DNA from: Octopus vulgaris
Taxonomy: Eukaryota
Length of the DNA: 64,000 nt
Direction: 5' to 3'
Assembly: GCA_951406725.2 (NCBI GenBank)
Contig: OX597831.1
Span: forward strand, 8,370,001 to 8,434,000
Position numbers and translations under genes: made by a program
The notes under the pieces: generated by a model
Database searches by the model: none
What the model was told of the DNA's origin: nothing
What the model saw: the letters and a program-made list of their open reading frames with translations, nothing else
Part shown: positions 40,247 to 53,712 of the stretch, piece by piece
Layout: each line of letters starts with the position of its first letter
Position numbering within the stretch: position 1 is the stretch's first letter

Positions 40247-40377
40247 CAGGGTGTCCCAAAAAAATGTATACAAACCTTAAATAATTGTAAATTTGTTATT
40301 CTTTGTAAGCCTAGTACTTATTCTATCATTCTCTTTTGCCGAACCACTATGTGTATACATTTTTTTTGGACACCCTG
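40247..40377. mobile_element. Tc1/mariner MITE with TA TSD
   Basis: TA|cagggtgtcccaaaaaaatgtataca ... tgtatacattttttttggacaccctg|TA. Confidence 0.88.
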
Positions 40378-40519
40378 TATGTATGTATATATATATATAT
40401 ATAGTGTAATAATTGCCTCACCATGAAATGAAACAAATCACCTGAATTTGAGTGCTAGGTCACCTAATTAATATTGATTAATAGAGAGCCAATAGAATGT
40501 GGGTTCTGAATACATATAT

Positions 40520-40810
40520 ATCATGATCATGTGATCCACCAGACTACCAGATGTTATAACATCACTAGTCACAATGCACTTTGCGTTGTTTTAGCTTACG
40601 AACGATGCCACCCTGCTGGCTGGGCATGCAGGCCAACATTTCCCCACCTGATTGGAAAGCCAGTCTATTACAGGGCTATCTGTCTACAGGTGAGTGAACC
40701 GGAGCAATGTGAAATGAAGTGTTTTGCAAGAACACAATGCATGGCTTGGCCCAGGAATTGAAACCATGTTCTAGTAATTGTGAGTGCAGCATCCAAACCA
40801 TGCACATTCA
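40520..40810 (-). mobile_element. SINE family D
   Basis: gatcatgtgatcc..cagatgtt..gtcacaatgc tail, shared with 46093-46400 and 52130-52180. Confidence 0.75.
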
Positions 40811-40825
40811 CAATTATGTATATTA

Positions 40826-41158
40826 AAACTCTGCTTGCGAAGACCTGTTGAGGCAAGTGAAATCAAAATAGATCAAAAATCAATGGAAATTGTAGTTGTG
40901 ATACCAGTGCCGGTGGCATGTAAAAGTACCATCCGAAAGTGGCCATTGCCAGCACCGCCTTGACTGGCCTCCGTGCCAGTGGCACGTAAAAAGCACCCAC
41001 TATACTCACGGAGTGGTTGGCATTAGGAAGGGCATCCAGCTGTAGAAACATTGCCAGATCAGATTGGAGCCTGTGCAGCCTTCTGGCTTCCCAGACCTCA
41101 GTCGAACCGTCCAACCCATGCTAGCATGGAAAGCGGACGTTAAACGATGATGATGATG
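40826..41158 (+). mobile_element. Young RTE 3' UTR (family B)
   Basis: ctctgcttgcgaagacctgttgaggcaagtg ... (gat)n. Reverse complement of 2238-2610. Confidence 0.88.
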
Positions 41159-41159
41159 C

Positions 41160-41530
41160 CATCATTGTTGCATTAATGTCTACTTTTCCATGCCTGCATG
41201 GGTCAGACAGAGTTTGTTGAGGCAGATTTCCTACAGCCCGATGTCACTCCTGTCTCCAACCCCTCCCTTGTTTCTACACAATGTAGTATTTCCCTGGCAT
41301 GTTTTCCATTTTCATGGAAGATAAGACATGAATGGCACTGCTTGTATGAAGGTGACACTAGTTTACAACTATCATACAATGCCACAACAAGTCAAAAACA
41401 CACACACACACAATGGGCTTCTTTCAGTTTCCACCTGCCAAATTTCTGCTTAAGTTTTTCCACCTAACAAGGTTTTAATTGGCTTGGGGCTATAGTAGGA
41501 GACACTCGTCAAAGGAGCCATGCAGTGGTG
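41160..41530 (-). mobile_element. SINE family H
   Basis: ttttccatgcctgcatgggtcagacag...ggcttctttcagtttcc. Confidence 0.75.
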
Positions 41531-42133
41531 TGTCTGTAGAGAGGCAGAACTGAAAAAGCAGGGAACCAACTGGAGAGACACAGAGAAGACATCCCAGCAT
41601 CAAGAACAGTTATCAATGGCCAATGCTCCATAGGGTGAAAAGGGCTGAAGTAGAAATGAAAGACACGGTTGACCTCAGAGGGAATCAAACCCAGCGTGTA
41701 GATACTTAAAACACAAACTGTGAAGTGTTCTATGAAATACTTCAACGATTTTGCCATTTCGTTACATTAGTACCTCATACTTTGATGAATGCAAATCCAA
41801 CAGATTGGAAGAGATGCAAAAATATTACAAATGGGTGAAAGTTAATAATTCTTGAAGCATAAACATAATGGATTGTGGAATGTCGGAAATAAAAACAAAA
41901 TTGGTTTGCAGAATTTAACTGCTTTATTAGTTTAATTTAAAAAAAAGAAAATTAATTTTTGATTACATCTTACATATTAATAATTTCCTGTAACGTTTTG
42001 GCTTTTGTAGTAAGAGTATCACATTCCATGACACATGGATACGTCTGAGGCAGTGAGGCTAAATCCAGTGTTGACATGGATACAACAGAGAAAGCGATGC
42101 TTTTGGATTGATGCTCTGCAGAGGAGAGCTTGC

Positions 42134-42167
<34 letters not shown>

Positions 42168-45089
42168 TCAACAAATGGATCACCTACAATTGCCCGATAC
42201 GACTGTGTGTATAAGAGAGATGTGGAGGTAAACTAAGACTGACACAGATGAGAGAGAGAGTGAGAGAGAGGAAGGGAGAAAGAGAGAAAGGGGTGGGAGG
42301 AGAACGAAGAGACAGTAGCAGCCTATTGCAGCTGGAGAGAAGTCTGTGTAGGAGTAGGAAAAAAGAATGATATAGAGGGAAGAAAAAGAAACAGAGTGTG
42401 TGTGTACACACACACACAGAGATTAACAAATGCAAAACACAAAAAGAATTAATAAAAATAATAGACAAGCAAAAGCAAGCTCTTCCATCTTTCAGATGCA
42501 GGAGAGATGGCCATATAAATAGCAATATGAAAGTGATAGTAAGAAAAGTTAACGCAATTTTATATGTTTTTATTAACTATTCAAATGTTGAACATGCCAT
42601 ACAATAAACACGATACTAAATTAAATGGTAAAGATAGACAAAGTGAAATTATATGAGACACTAATAATGGCTTTGCAGAAGTCAAGGTTCTGCCAGATTA
42701 TAAATATACTTTGTCAAAATAAATTACACAGTTGACCTAGTGTTGAAAATAATACTAATGACATTTTATTGAAGTCATATCTATGTACGTGTGCATGTCA
42801 GCTATGTATCATACTTAAAGTGAATACGTCATTGAAAGGCAAATTTACTGTGATATTCATCCAGAGATAACATCTCTTATGGATGTTCTGAGTTTAAAGA
42901 CTACCATCATCTTCACCTTCCCAACTACTCCCACTCACTGCTATACATAATGTGTGGTAGCCATGCGTCTCCGTTATATCAAGACACCAATACTTGTCCG
43001 TCTGTCCTGCTTAAGCCTTTCAACACTTGGCATGGCCAAGCACCCCCACCCACCAATTAGCAGCAGGAGCTTTTGTTTTTTTGTTGTTTTCTTGTTCTTT
43101 TTCTGTCTTGCAAGTTTGTTGGCAACCATAGTAATGCTGGTAGCCTGAAAAAAAGGCACCCCATACACATAGTAAACTGGTTGGTGTTAGGAAGGGCACC
43201 TAGCTGTAGAAAGCATGTCAAAACCGACACCGGTGCACAGTGCGACTTAGCATGTTGAACTATCCAACACATGGAAAATAGAGGTTAAATGATAATGGTG
43301 ACGATGATGAAAATTGTTCCAGCTGTGGCTAGCAAGAAAGGTAGATGCATCCTGGCCCTGTTGCACCTTATCAATGACATGTACTTACAGCCAACCACAT
43401 TTTACACAAAATTTGTTGCTGTGTGTATGTATAGCTAGGGAACAGCTTTTCTTACAAGCATTTTATATTGAAGACACAACTGTATTCTAAGTTTGATCTT
43501 TTCTTAATAAGGATCTGCGATATTTCCATTATGCTTAGTTGAATCAATAACATTTCGAAACCCATTAAGTCCATTAACAGCGCAAGACTTCCCTGGCCTC
43601 ATTATCAGAATGAAATGATGCTTTTGACAGCAGGTAGTCTGCATGCTTATAGCAGTAAATCATGAAAGCCTATGGGGAAAACTGTAAGCTGTTCTAACAT
43701 CAGATTATATATATTTCTGTAGAAGTAGTTTTGACAGTAAAAAAATATTTATGATATTCAAGGATATTAGTGGCAAGCAAAAGATTATTAAGGTGTACTC
43801 CAAATGGTTGTATGGTAGAGTCCTGGAAAAAGATGATGCATATCAACTTTTAAATTGCTAGTTAGACAATGTACTACAATACATAACCAAGTAAAAAAAA
43901 TAAGGTCAAGGAGTTAAGAATTGCAGTAGTTTTAAATGTATTCAGAAGACATTTAATGTCGTGGATAAAACACCAAAGAATACAGGGATACAAAAATGCT
44001 GTTCCTTAGCCTTGAATACAGAAAACAGGAGCTCTATAATCTATATAGAATACGAACATTCTAATAAAGATAAACACCCAAACCATTTGTTTCATTAGAA
44101 ATAATTAATATTAAGTTTGGCCCATAGTCCCAAGTTAACAACAGTAAGCTGCTTGCTGTTAAAACTACTCTCCAACAGACAACAGCACATAATATTTGTA
44201 ACTTATACAAAATCACGAGTTGCATGGCATCTTGCCTATGTGCTAGGGTCGTGCAAAATTCCTCTCCATTCTATCTTCCTTTAGAAATTGGCTAACTATT
44301 TAAGTTATGAGAGCACTGCTGAAATGATGCCTGCCTCAAAAAGTTCTTTTATTCAATACTAAATATCCATGAGGGCTTGCGGTGAGAAACAGAGAGAGAG
44401 AGAAAAGCCACATCTCCATTTGCTAAGCATGTAAGAAGAGGAAATGTCAGAAAGAAGAGAAAAAAAAAAGTCTTGTGTTCTTTTAACAAGACAGATTATT
44501 CCACTTGCTTCAGATTCTCTTTTTTTTTTTTTTTTTTTTTTTTAAGCGAGCTGGAAAAGAGATACTTGTCGAAATGGTTGCCATTAGAGGAGGCATCTAA
44601 CTGTTTGGTACCTGCTCCAGTTCCAAATACTTGAATGAATTCTCACCAGCAGAGAAAACTGACATAGAATTCAACCAATGAATGAAGTGGGATGTTATCA
44701 CTGTTCTTGGCAGAGCAGAGAAAATTTTCCTAAACAAACTCCCTATCAACTTTTAGATAGGGAGTTTATATTTATCAATCACCATGATACAACATCTATT
44801 TTCCATGCATGCATGGGTCAGATAGAATTTGTTGAGGCAGATTTTCTATGGCCTGATGCCCTTCCTGTCACCAACCGATGCCCATTTCCAGGCAGGGTAA
44901 TATTTCCCCATGGCCAGACATTCTTTTCACCTAAGACTGGAAACTAACAACATCACTTGCATGATGATGCTTGTTTATAACCATCACATGATGTCAAGAC
45001 AAGTGTACAAACACACACACACAAAATCTGTAGTAGTCGATAGTTTGTTACCAGGGAAATCTAAGTAACAACGAAGGACAGTGCTCTGA

Positions 45090-45545
45090 AAGAATAGCTA
45101 ACAGAGGGGAAATGTTCAGGGGTTTCTCTCTTCAAAAAGAAAAAGGACTGCTTGATGCTTGTGCATGAAGTGTGATGCTGCATGGCAACACGAGATGTGG
45201 GCACTAAATGTGGAGGATGAACAAAGATTGGAGAGAAATAAAGCAAGCATGCTCGTCTAGATGTATAATGATAGTATGCGCAAATGGCAGGGTATATATG
45301 AGCTGATAGATAAATTAGATACAAGATGAATTAGTTGTGGTGAGCGAGAATGAAGGTTGAATTGGTACAGGCAAGATGTGTAAAGAGCTGCCAGGACACT
45401 TTGGAAGAGGAAGACATGGGGAAAAAATGGTAAAAACTGATACCAGAATGTTGGACCTCAAAAATGCAATAAATGGCAAGAATCTGTTTGAAAGACCCAT
45501 CCAACCCATGCAAGCACGGAAAAACAGACCTAAATCACAAAGCCA
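45090..45545 (+). mobile_element. Decayed RTE LINE C-terminal fragment
   Basis: ALNVEDEQRLERNKASML remnant, ending in ccatccaacccatgcaagcacggaaaa. Confidence 0.6.
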
Positions 45546-46092
45546 ACCTAAAAGATGACAGACCGAGTCTAAAGTGCTGGCCATAAATATTCTTCAGTAG
45601 AACTGCTGAGAATATATTCCAGAGAATGTTATGAAAAGAAAGACGTAACAGTTTATGAATTTAGAGTAAATTTATCAATCTTTTTTCTTTCCCTTTTTAT
45701 AGTTTCAGTCATTTGACTGTGGCCATGCTGGGGCACTGCTTTCATTAGTTTCAGTTTATTACACTGGATCCAAGACTTTCTCTGATACTTATTCCATTGT
45801 TCTAAGATAAAGAAAAAAAGAAAGAGAAATGCCAATTGTACATGGCAGAAACAGAGATACCAGTATAACATACACACAACGGGTTTCTTTCAGTTTCCAT
45901 CTACCAAATGCACTCACAAAGCTTTGGTCAAACGAGGGTTGAGTTTTTAAAGATTCCTTCTAAACCACATGGACTTCAGTTCCACTTTCAGCACCTGGGG
46001 CAACCAAAGCCTTGTGAGTGGATTTGCTAAGTTGGCAGATGAAAACTAAAAGAAGCCCATCGTGTGTGTGTATGTATATATATATATATATA

Positions 46093-46399
46093 TCACATGA
46101 CCATGTGACCGACCAGGCTATCAGATGTTGCTACACATCACTGGTCACAATGCGCTTCGCATTGTTTTCGCCTTCAAATGACGCCACCCCTCTGGCTAAG
46201 CGAGCAGGCCAACAGAAGAAAGAGTGAGAGAAAGTTGCGGCAAAAGAATACAGCAGGGATCGCCACCACCCCCTGCCGGAGCCTCATGGAGCTTTAGGTG
46301 TTTTCACTCAATAAACACTTACAACGCCTGATCTGGGAATCCAAACCGCGATCCTACGACCGCGAGTCCACTTCCCTAACCACTGGGCCATTGCGCCTC

Positions 46400-46400
<1 letters not shown>
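46093..46400 (-). mobile_element. Young full-length tRNA-derived SINE (family D)
   Basis: Minus-strand head ggaggcgcaaTGGCCCAGTGGttaggg...gcGGTTTGGATTCCc, inserted in (TA)n/(CA)n. Confidence 0.85.
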
Positions 46401-46450
<50 letters not shown>

Positions 46451-46817
46451 TCATCATCATCATTAACGTCCGCTTTCCATGCTAGCATGGGTTGGACGGT
46501 TCAACTGGAGTCTGGGGAGCCCGAAGGCTGCACCAGGCCAGTCAGATCTGGCAGTGTTTCTACAGCTGGATGCCCTTCCTAACGCCAACCACTCCGGAGT
46601 GTATACATACATATATATATATATATATATATTTTATATATATGTATGTACGTATGTATGTAGTGTATATAAGGGGTTATAATCCAAGCTGTGTCCTTGA
46701 GAAGCCCATCTGCATGTTCACAGTAATCCAATGCATGATGTTTATGTTTTGGTCTAAATGAGGAATACGTAGCAACTGGAATTTCTGGTGAATTCTATTT
46801 GCAGAGTAATTGCATAC

Positions 46818-47055
46818 CAAAACAAAAGACTGCAAAAATTTGGCATAGTTTTGATTCCATGTTAAACATGTTTCATTCCAGGATAGGATTTACAAAGGTA
46901 TGTATGTAGAAAAATATGTATAGAATCTCCTAGCCATAAATCGTGAGTCAAAGATCGGAAAAATAATATTATTTTCGAATCTATACCTTTGTAACTCTTA
47001 TCCTTTATGAAGTGTGTGTAACATGGAACTAAAGATTTTCCAATCTTTTGTTTTG
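46818..47055. mobile_element. Foldback MITE-like element
   Basis: Imperfect inverted repeats of about 75-85 bp: caaaacaaaagact...tacaaaggtat / atacctttgta...tcttttgttttg. Confidence 0.7.
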
Positions 47056-47095
<40 letters not shown>

Positions 47096-47288
47096 GCGCT
47101 TGTGCCACTGCCATATAAAAGGTACCTGTACTGGTGACATATCAAAGGCATCCACTACACTCTTGGAATGGTTGGCATTAGGAAGGGCATCCAGCCATAG
47201 AAACCAAGCCAAATCAGACTGGAATCTGGTACAGCTCCAGTCAAACTGTCTAACTCATGCCAGCATAAAAAGCAGATGCTAAAAATGG

Positions 47289-47324
<36 letters not shown>

Positions 47325-48239
47325 ATATGACTGTGTGCTTGTGTGTACATAAGTGTTTATGTGTACCCTTGTCTGGATATCACACGATGGTTGTAAATGC
47401 GCATCACTGTCATACAAGTGAGGTTGGTTGTCTCCAGTCTTCCATGAAAAACATGTCCAACAATGAGAAATATTACCTCACTTGAAAACGGATGAGGGTT
47501 GGTAACAAGAAGGGCAGCTGGTCATAGAAAATCTGCTTCAATAAATCCTGTATGACCTACGCAAGCATGGAAAAGTGGACATTAAATGATGATGATGACA
47601 TATTAGATTTTAAAAAATTCAGTGTAAAAGTTAAAATTAAAAACAGGTGAGAATATAAACATGATTATATAATGGAGGATATTACAATAACAAATGGAAA
47701 CAAAAGGTTTCCCTTATTGACATCCATACATATTTCTGTGAACTAAAGAACGAGCAGTGATTGAGTTGAATGAAATCTGAAGAGTAAGAGAAATTCCTTG
47801 AACAAGTTAGCCATCCTATTCTTAAGTAATTAAGTTATTCTTTAAGTTTGTTTCTAGTCTTCAATAGATGGTCAATACTAATGATCAATTTGTCCAGCTA
47901 TGTCATCAGTTATTGATTAACAAAAGAATTGGCTTCATGTCATAAGATTGCTTGGCTTGGAAAAGAAAGAAAAATCAATTCCTATTAGAAGCATGTATCT
48001 TCTTCAGATAAAAAAAAAAAAACAGAAGACAGATGTTTAGTGTAATCTGCTGAGTAAGGTGCAGCACACCCAAATCTGAATGCCAAAACAATAACAACAA
48101 AAAGAGCAAGATCTTTGGTCAGTGTTTCAACTATAATGCTCATTTTGGAGTTTAGAAACTCAGCTTGCCGAAGGGCTCAGTTTATAAAAGAGCTGTTTCA
48201 GAAATCCTCCATCCATTTTTGCCACCCATTATTCCTGGG

Positions 48240-48480
48240 AGGGTAGTAGCCGTACAATCCTCAAGCACCTTCTCCATAGGGTCCTAGCAGAAGCAACTGA
48301 AATAAAGGTCTCTCTTTGGATCCCTAATCATGGCCAACTGAGACCTGGTTGACCCCTAGGTCTCCTACCAGTTAGAACCTGTCTGTTGATCCTGTCTTGT
48401 GGCATCCTAACCACATGTCTGTAATACCAAAGCTGTTGACCTCTCAATGTGAAGAAATAGTGGCTTGACCTGCAGAGTAA
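48240..48480 (-). mobile_element. RTE (Expander/Rex3-like) C-terminal fragment
   Basis: LQVKPLFLHIERS..RMPQDR..TGRRPRGQP. A similar plus-strand remnant lies near 50050-50420. Confidence 0.6.
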
Positions 48481-49619
48481 ATAAATCATCATGGGTGCAG
48501 ACCCAATGACCAGTGCACCAAGATGCCCAGTTTAAATGACCACCACAACATGATGCTGCATTTATAAGGCATACTATTCAATGTGTCAGTTCACCAGGAA
48601 ATGAGAGTAAAACAAGAGAATAACAATGGCTCACCATGGCGACAACCAATTTGAAACTGGATCAGTGAATTGCTAAGTTTATCTATTTGGTGGAAGAAAT
48701 GATGGACATTTAGTCTAAGGTGGACAACATCACAGGTTCTCACTTGTATTTCTATAAATCAGTTTTTTTTATTGCAATCACTGGTTCATAGCATTTACGA
48801 GGTGAGAGCAACAAATAAGCATCTTTACAATTCATGCAGACCACATGACATACAAGATATTTGTTCAAAGGCATTGGCTAACACTTTCCTTCTCTTTTGA
48901 TATTTACATCTACACTGGTGTGTTGTGTGTGGGCAGTGACTTGCTTGAACCACTAAAGCATACCTTATGATATTTCAATTTGAGTTCAAAACTTGCTGAG
49001 GGCAACTTTGTCTTTAATCTTTTTTAATCAATCCAGTACTAGAGTTAATTTGTCTCTTTCCGGAGGGGAATCAACTGTGTCCAGAACTGCAGGTGGACTC
49101 TGCTATGTCCAAGTGACCCTGTTTATTGTTGAGGCTTCATAGTGATAAATAATGTCTTCGGCCCAATAAACCTAGTTCCAGAAAATGATTTTAGAGAAAG
49201 AGAGACAGAAACATTGGTGAAGCAAGGCTATGGTGGTACACAATTTCCCAAGGTGCCATGCAGTGGGATTGAATCCAACACCACAAGGCTGTAAAGGAAC
49301 ATCTTAAGTACACAACTAGGATTCACTCTTAACCATGGACTGATGCACTTTTTTAATCACAGGAATGCGTGTACCTTCTGAGACGACACAACAGCTTATC
49401 CAAAGACTAGACACTAATCCGTCTCTCCAGCTGGTCCTACAAATATTTTTATGAAAACTATCACAAGAAAATGCGCAAAATTCAGATAACTTTTCTGATG
49501 CTGGAGATTATCGAAGTTTCGCTGATGTGTTTATCATAGTACTGCATCAGAATGAATGTTTTTAGTTCAGACGCAGAACCCTCTTTACTCTGAATTATGT
49601 TTATATCATGCAGATTGTC

Positions 49620-49945
49620 TTCATCATCGTTTAACGTCTGCTTTCCATGCTGGCATGGATTGGATGGTTTGACTGGGGACGTGCAAGCCAGGAGGCTGCA
49701 CCAGGCTCCAGTCTGATCTGGCATGTTTCTACAGCTGGATGACCTTCCTAACACCAACCACTCCAAGAGTGTAGTGGGTGCTTTTTATGTGCCACTGCAA
49801 CAGCAGCTAGTCAGGTGGCAATGGCATCGGCCACGTTAGGATGGTGCTTTTTATGTGCTGCGGGAACAGGAGCCAGTTGGGGCGGGGAGGCTGGCATCGA
49901 CCATGTTTAAATGGTGCTTTTTACGTGCCACTGGCATGTAAAAAG
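49620..49945 (-). mobile_element. RTE 3' UTR (family B)
   Basis: catcgtttaacgtctgctttccatgctggcatgg with three subrepeats. Confidence 0.85.
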
Positions 49946-51221
49946 TTTTTAAAAAAAGACATTAACTTTTAAAACTTTTTACATTCATTTACATAATGAG
50001 GAACTATTTTTCATCACTCATTAAGGTTAAGAGAAGTGGTTGCCATATTCAATTTGGTTTTTGTATCTATTCTCAGCTATAATCATCAATGTTGGGTACT
50101 GACAGAAAGAGTTGAATTACGAGTACAAGAGGCAAAAACGGGGTTCTGCCGAAGGATTTCTCATGTAATGTTACTCAATAGGGGCGCATAGCTCAAAGAT
50201 CAGGATGTCTTTCCATATTGACCAATTACTTCTTGGGCACAGCTCTTGTACTACAGGCATGCTATTAGAATGTTACAGGAAAGTAGCACAAGACTGATTC
50301 TTTAAGCGAAGATAACTGATAGGAGACATAGGAGTACATTATGTGCAAGATGGTTGGATAATGTCCATAACGTCAGTTGGTCATACTTGAGGATTCTACC
50401 TCCATGACACTTGCAGGAATAGTGGGCAGAGAAGATGGATGGATGGATGGATTATTGGTTAAATAGATATTTTAAGGGTATGAACAAAACACTAAGTTTA
50501 ATGTATTAGTTTATGGATTTCAATAAAAGGAGTTAAAACTCCAAGGATGGTTGCGTGATTAGAGGTTCAGTTTGCAACAACCAGGTTTCAAGTTTGGTCC
50601 CACTGCAAAGCACTTTTGATAAGTGCCATCTACTATAGCCCAAGGCTGACTGATCACTTGTGAGGTAATTTGATAGATGCATACAGCAGGAACCCATTGT
50701 GTGTGTGTGTAAAGGGTAAAGACCCCTTCGGTCATGAATGACCATGGGATAGTACCTAGAAAGTTCCGCTCTGAGGCACAAGTCTGGTACAAGCATGACT
50801 GTATGACTGAGAAGTTTGCTTCCCAATCACATAGTTTTAGGTTCAGTCCCACTGTGTGACATCTTAGGCAAGTGTCTTCAACAACAGCCCTCGGCTGACT
50901 ACAGCCTTAAGAGTGGATTTGGTAGACAGAAACTGAAAGAATCCTGTTGTGTGTATGTGTGTATGTGTGTGTGTAGGTTTGCATTTCCTTGTTTTAACCT
51001 CATGTAAATGAATGTCATTCACTTCTAGAGTTCTGTGAAATGTGAAAACACATCTGGCCATGAGAAAATATTACCTTGCTTGGAAACAGGTAATGGTTGG
51101 TGACAGGAAGGGCATCCGACCATAGTAAAGCTGCATTAATAAACTAACCCATCTAAGTATGGAAAAATGGATGTTAAAGTGATTATATATAAATATACAC
51201 GTGTGTGTGAATATACACATA

Positions 51222-52064
51222 CAGGGTGCAATGGGTAAATTGTTGCCATTTTATATTTTTAATTTCACACAAGAACAGGGTTTGTTTTTGATTTTGCCAA
51301 CTACATAGTAGGATCAGTTGTGCACCATCTGTGAGAAAAACTCTGCCAGAATTTTGGAAATGACATTCTGTACTGTTTAGCATTTGCACTGGAAGCTCCA
51401 ATACGAACATTTCAGAGTGTCTGGGTGTCAGTCTGAAAACATGTACCAAGAGTGATAAAAATCAAACATCCAGTCAACATCATGGTGTTTGGAGTGAACA
51501 CTAGTGATGGCAATGTTATGTCTCCATTCATCTTCCCACATGGCCTCAGTCTTAACACAGAGGCCCACATCAAGTACCAGGAGGAGGTAGTGCTGCCCTG
51601 GGTTAAGAGGGTGGCTGCTGGAAGACCCGATGTCTGGTAACAGGATTTTACACCATGCTACACAGGCAGGAGAACCCAGTCATGGCTTTCAATTTCTGTG
51701 ACCACATCACCCCTAACATCTGGCCACCTAACTCCCCAGACTGCAACCCCTTTCATTATTGTGTGGAGCACAGTTGAGAAAGAGACCAACAAAACTCCTT
51801 GTAACACCAAAGATGAACTGAAGGCAAGAACTTTGGCAGCATTTACTAACTTCAACAAGCTGACCGTCCAGAAAAGTTGCAGGAGATTCTGAAGTCAGCT
51901 GGAGGCTGTGGTTGAAGCCAATGGCGATTTTATTGAATAAATTTACTCTTCTTTAGTAATTCAAGATATTTTTATGCAATTTTGGTAAATATGTCAGTTA
52001 AAATGAGATGTTTGTTATTTTTATATTTATGTAATTTAGACGACAGTTTATTCACCGCACCCAG
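51222..52064 (+). mobile_element. Internally deleted DD37D/maT-like (Tc1/mariner) transposon
   Basis: TA|cagggtgc...gcacccag|TA degenerate TIRs. KHPVNIMVFG, VW*QD, WPPNSPDCNP and CRRF..LEAVVEANGDFIE motifs. Confidence 0.85.
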
Positions 52065-52734
52065 TACATTGATGTTCCAGGTTTGTCAACAGAAGAGAGA
52101 AATGGTGATGATTTCCACATTACAACCAGTATTGACCAGACTATCAGATGTTGTTACACACAACTGGTCACAATGCACTTCCTTAATAAGTACTGGTCTT
52201 GAAAAACATGTACCGGGGTTGATCCATTTGAACAAAACCCTTCAAGACAGAGCCCCATGATGGGATGCAGTCCAAAGACTGAAACAAGCAAAAGATACAA
52301 GAGATTAACAGGAAACTTTGGAAACACAAGGAGGACCAAACTTGAAGAATTCCATCTGCATTAATCAACTCTAGAGATCTGAAACATTTTCAAAACTAAA
52401 ATCATACTCAACTGGAATAGGTGGTAGTAAGTTCTGGGTAGTTTATTCTGAATGAGAGAACTATGTCTCTAGTGTTTACAAAATGATTCACCACTCCCTG
52501 TCTTAGCTGAATGGTCTTCATAATACAAGTTACTTGGTTACCTCACTGGTGCTGGTGCCATGTAAAAGCACCCAGTACACATTGTAAAGTGGCTGGCTTT
52601 AGGAAGGGCATCCAACTGTAGAAACCATGTCAAAGCAACAGAGCCAGGAGCAGTTCTCTGCATTGCCAGTTCCTGTAAACTGCACAACCCAAGCCAGCAT
52701 GAAAAACAGACATCAACTGATGATGATACACTCA

Positions 52735-53113
52735 CAGGTGCAGGTATGGTTGTGTGGAAAGAAGTCTGTCTCCCAACCACATAGTTCTGGGTTCAGTCCC
52801 ACTGTGTGGCACATCTACTATAACCACAGCCCTGGGCAAACCAAAACCTTGAGATTGGATCTGGAAGGTGAAAACTTTGTGTCCGTCCTTGTCCTGACGT
52901 CACATGATAGTTGTAAATGATTATCACCGTCATACAAGCAGTGTTGTTCATTTTCAATATTCTCTCTAGTCATGGAGGGGAAATATTACCTTGCTTGGAA
53001 ACAGGTGAGGAATGGCAACAGGAAAAGCATCTGGCCATAAAAAAAATCTGCTTCAATATACTTCTTCCGACCCATTCAAGCATGGAAGAGTGGACGTTAA
53101 AATGACGATGATG
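52735..53113 (+). mobile_element. SINE family H
   Basis: A head, H body, and gtggacgttaaaatgacgatgatg tail. Another copy at about 50790-51180. Confidence 0.8.
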
Positions 53114-53168
53114 AAGGGTGAAAATGTGTGCGTGTGTGTTCATGGCTACAACTCGGTGCCCTTTGACC

Positions 53169-53431
53169 GTTTCCTCAGAACTTAATGAAAAACGCATACT
53201 TTTAATGAGATTTGTGTGGGGTTAAGTTTTCGAGGATACACACTATAATTATGTGGATTATTTAAGAAGAAAAAAATTATGTGAAGTTTCAGGTAATTTT
53301 CCGCGTATTTTTCTCCTTTTTCGTTTTAGTTATGCTTGAAACATCAACATTAAATAATCTATACGTCCGAAAACATATTACAGCAAAATGTTATTTAAAG
53401 GCATGCGTTTTAAGGAGAGTTATGAGGAAAC
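53169..53431. mobile_element. Foldback MITE-like element
   Basis: gtttcctcagaact..aaaacgcat / atgcgtttt..agttatgaggaaac inverted arms, with inner matches gattatttaa / ttaaataatc. Confidence 0.6.
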
Positions 53432-53494
53432 AAAATCCGCAAGCAGGAAAAAATGGTTCGCGTAGTCGTCCTCACGAAAAGAGATAAATAATAA

Positions 53495-53712
53495 TAAATA
53501 ATAATGATGATGATTTCAAATTTTAGCACAAGAGGAGGAGGTAAGTCGATTACATTGACGCCAATGCGTAACTGGTACTTATTTTATCGACCCCGAAAGG
53601 ATGAAAGGCAAAGTCGACCTCGGCGGAAGTTGAACTTACAATGTAAAGACGGACGAAATGTTGCTAAGCATTTTGCCCGGCATGCTAACGATTCTGCCAG
53701 CTCACTGCCTTA
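53495..53712 (-). mobile_element. SINE family C, CpG-intact copy
   Basis: tcgaccccgaaaggatgaaaggcaaagtcgacctcggcggaa...gattctgccagctcactgcctt. Confidence 0.88.

Noticed and set aside
43560-44060. Possible ancient reverse-transcriptase remnant (AFD / VNHESLWGKL-like)
   Set aside because: Too decayed to support by eye. It needs a translated HMM search.
52895-52902. Third TGACGTCA
   Set aside because: Inside a SINE body where other copies read tgacatca. No promoter context.
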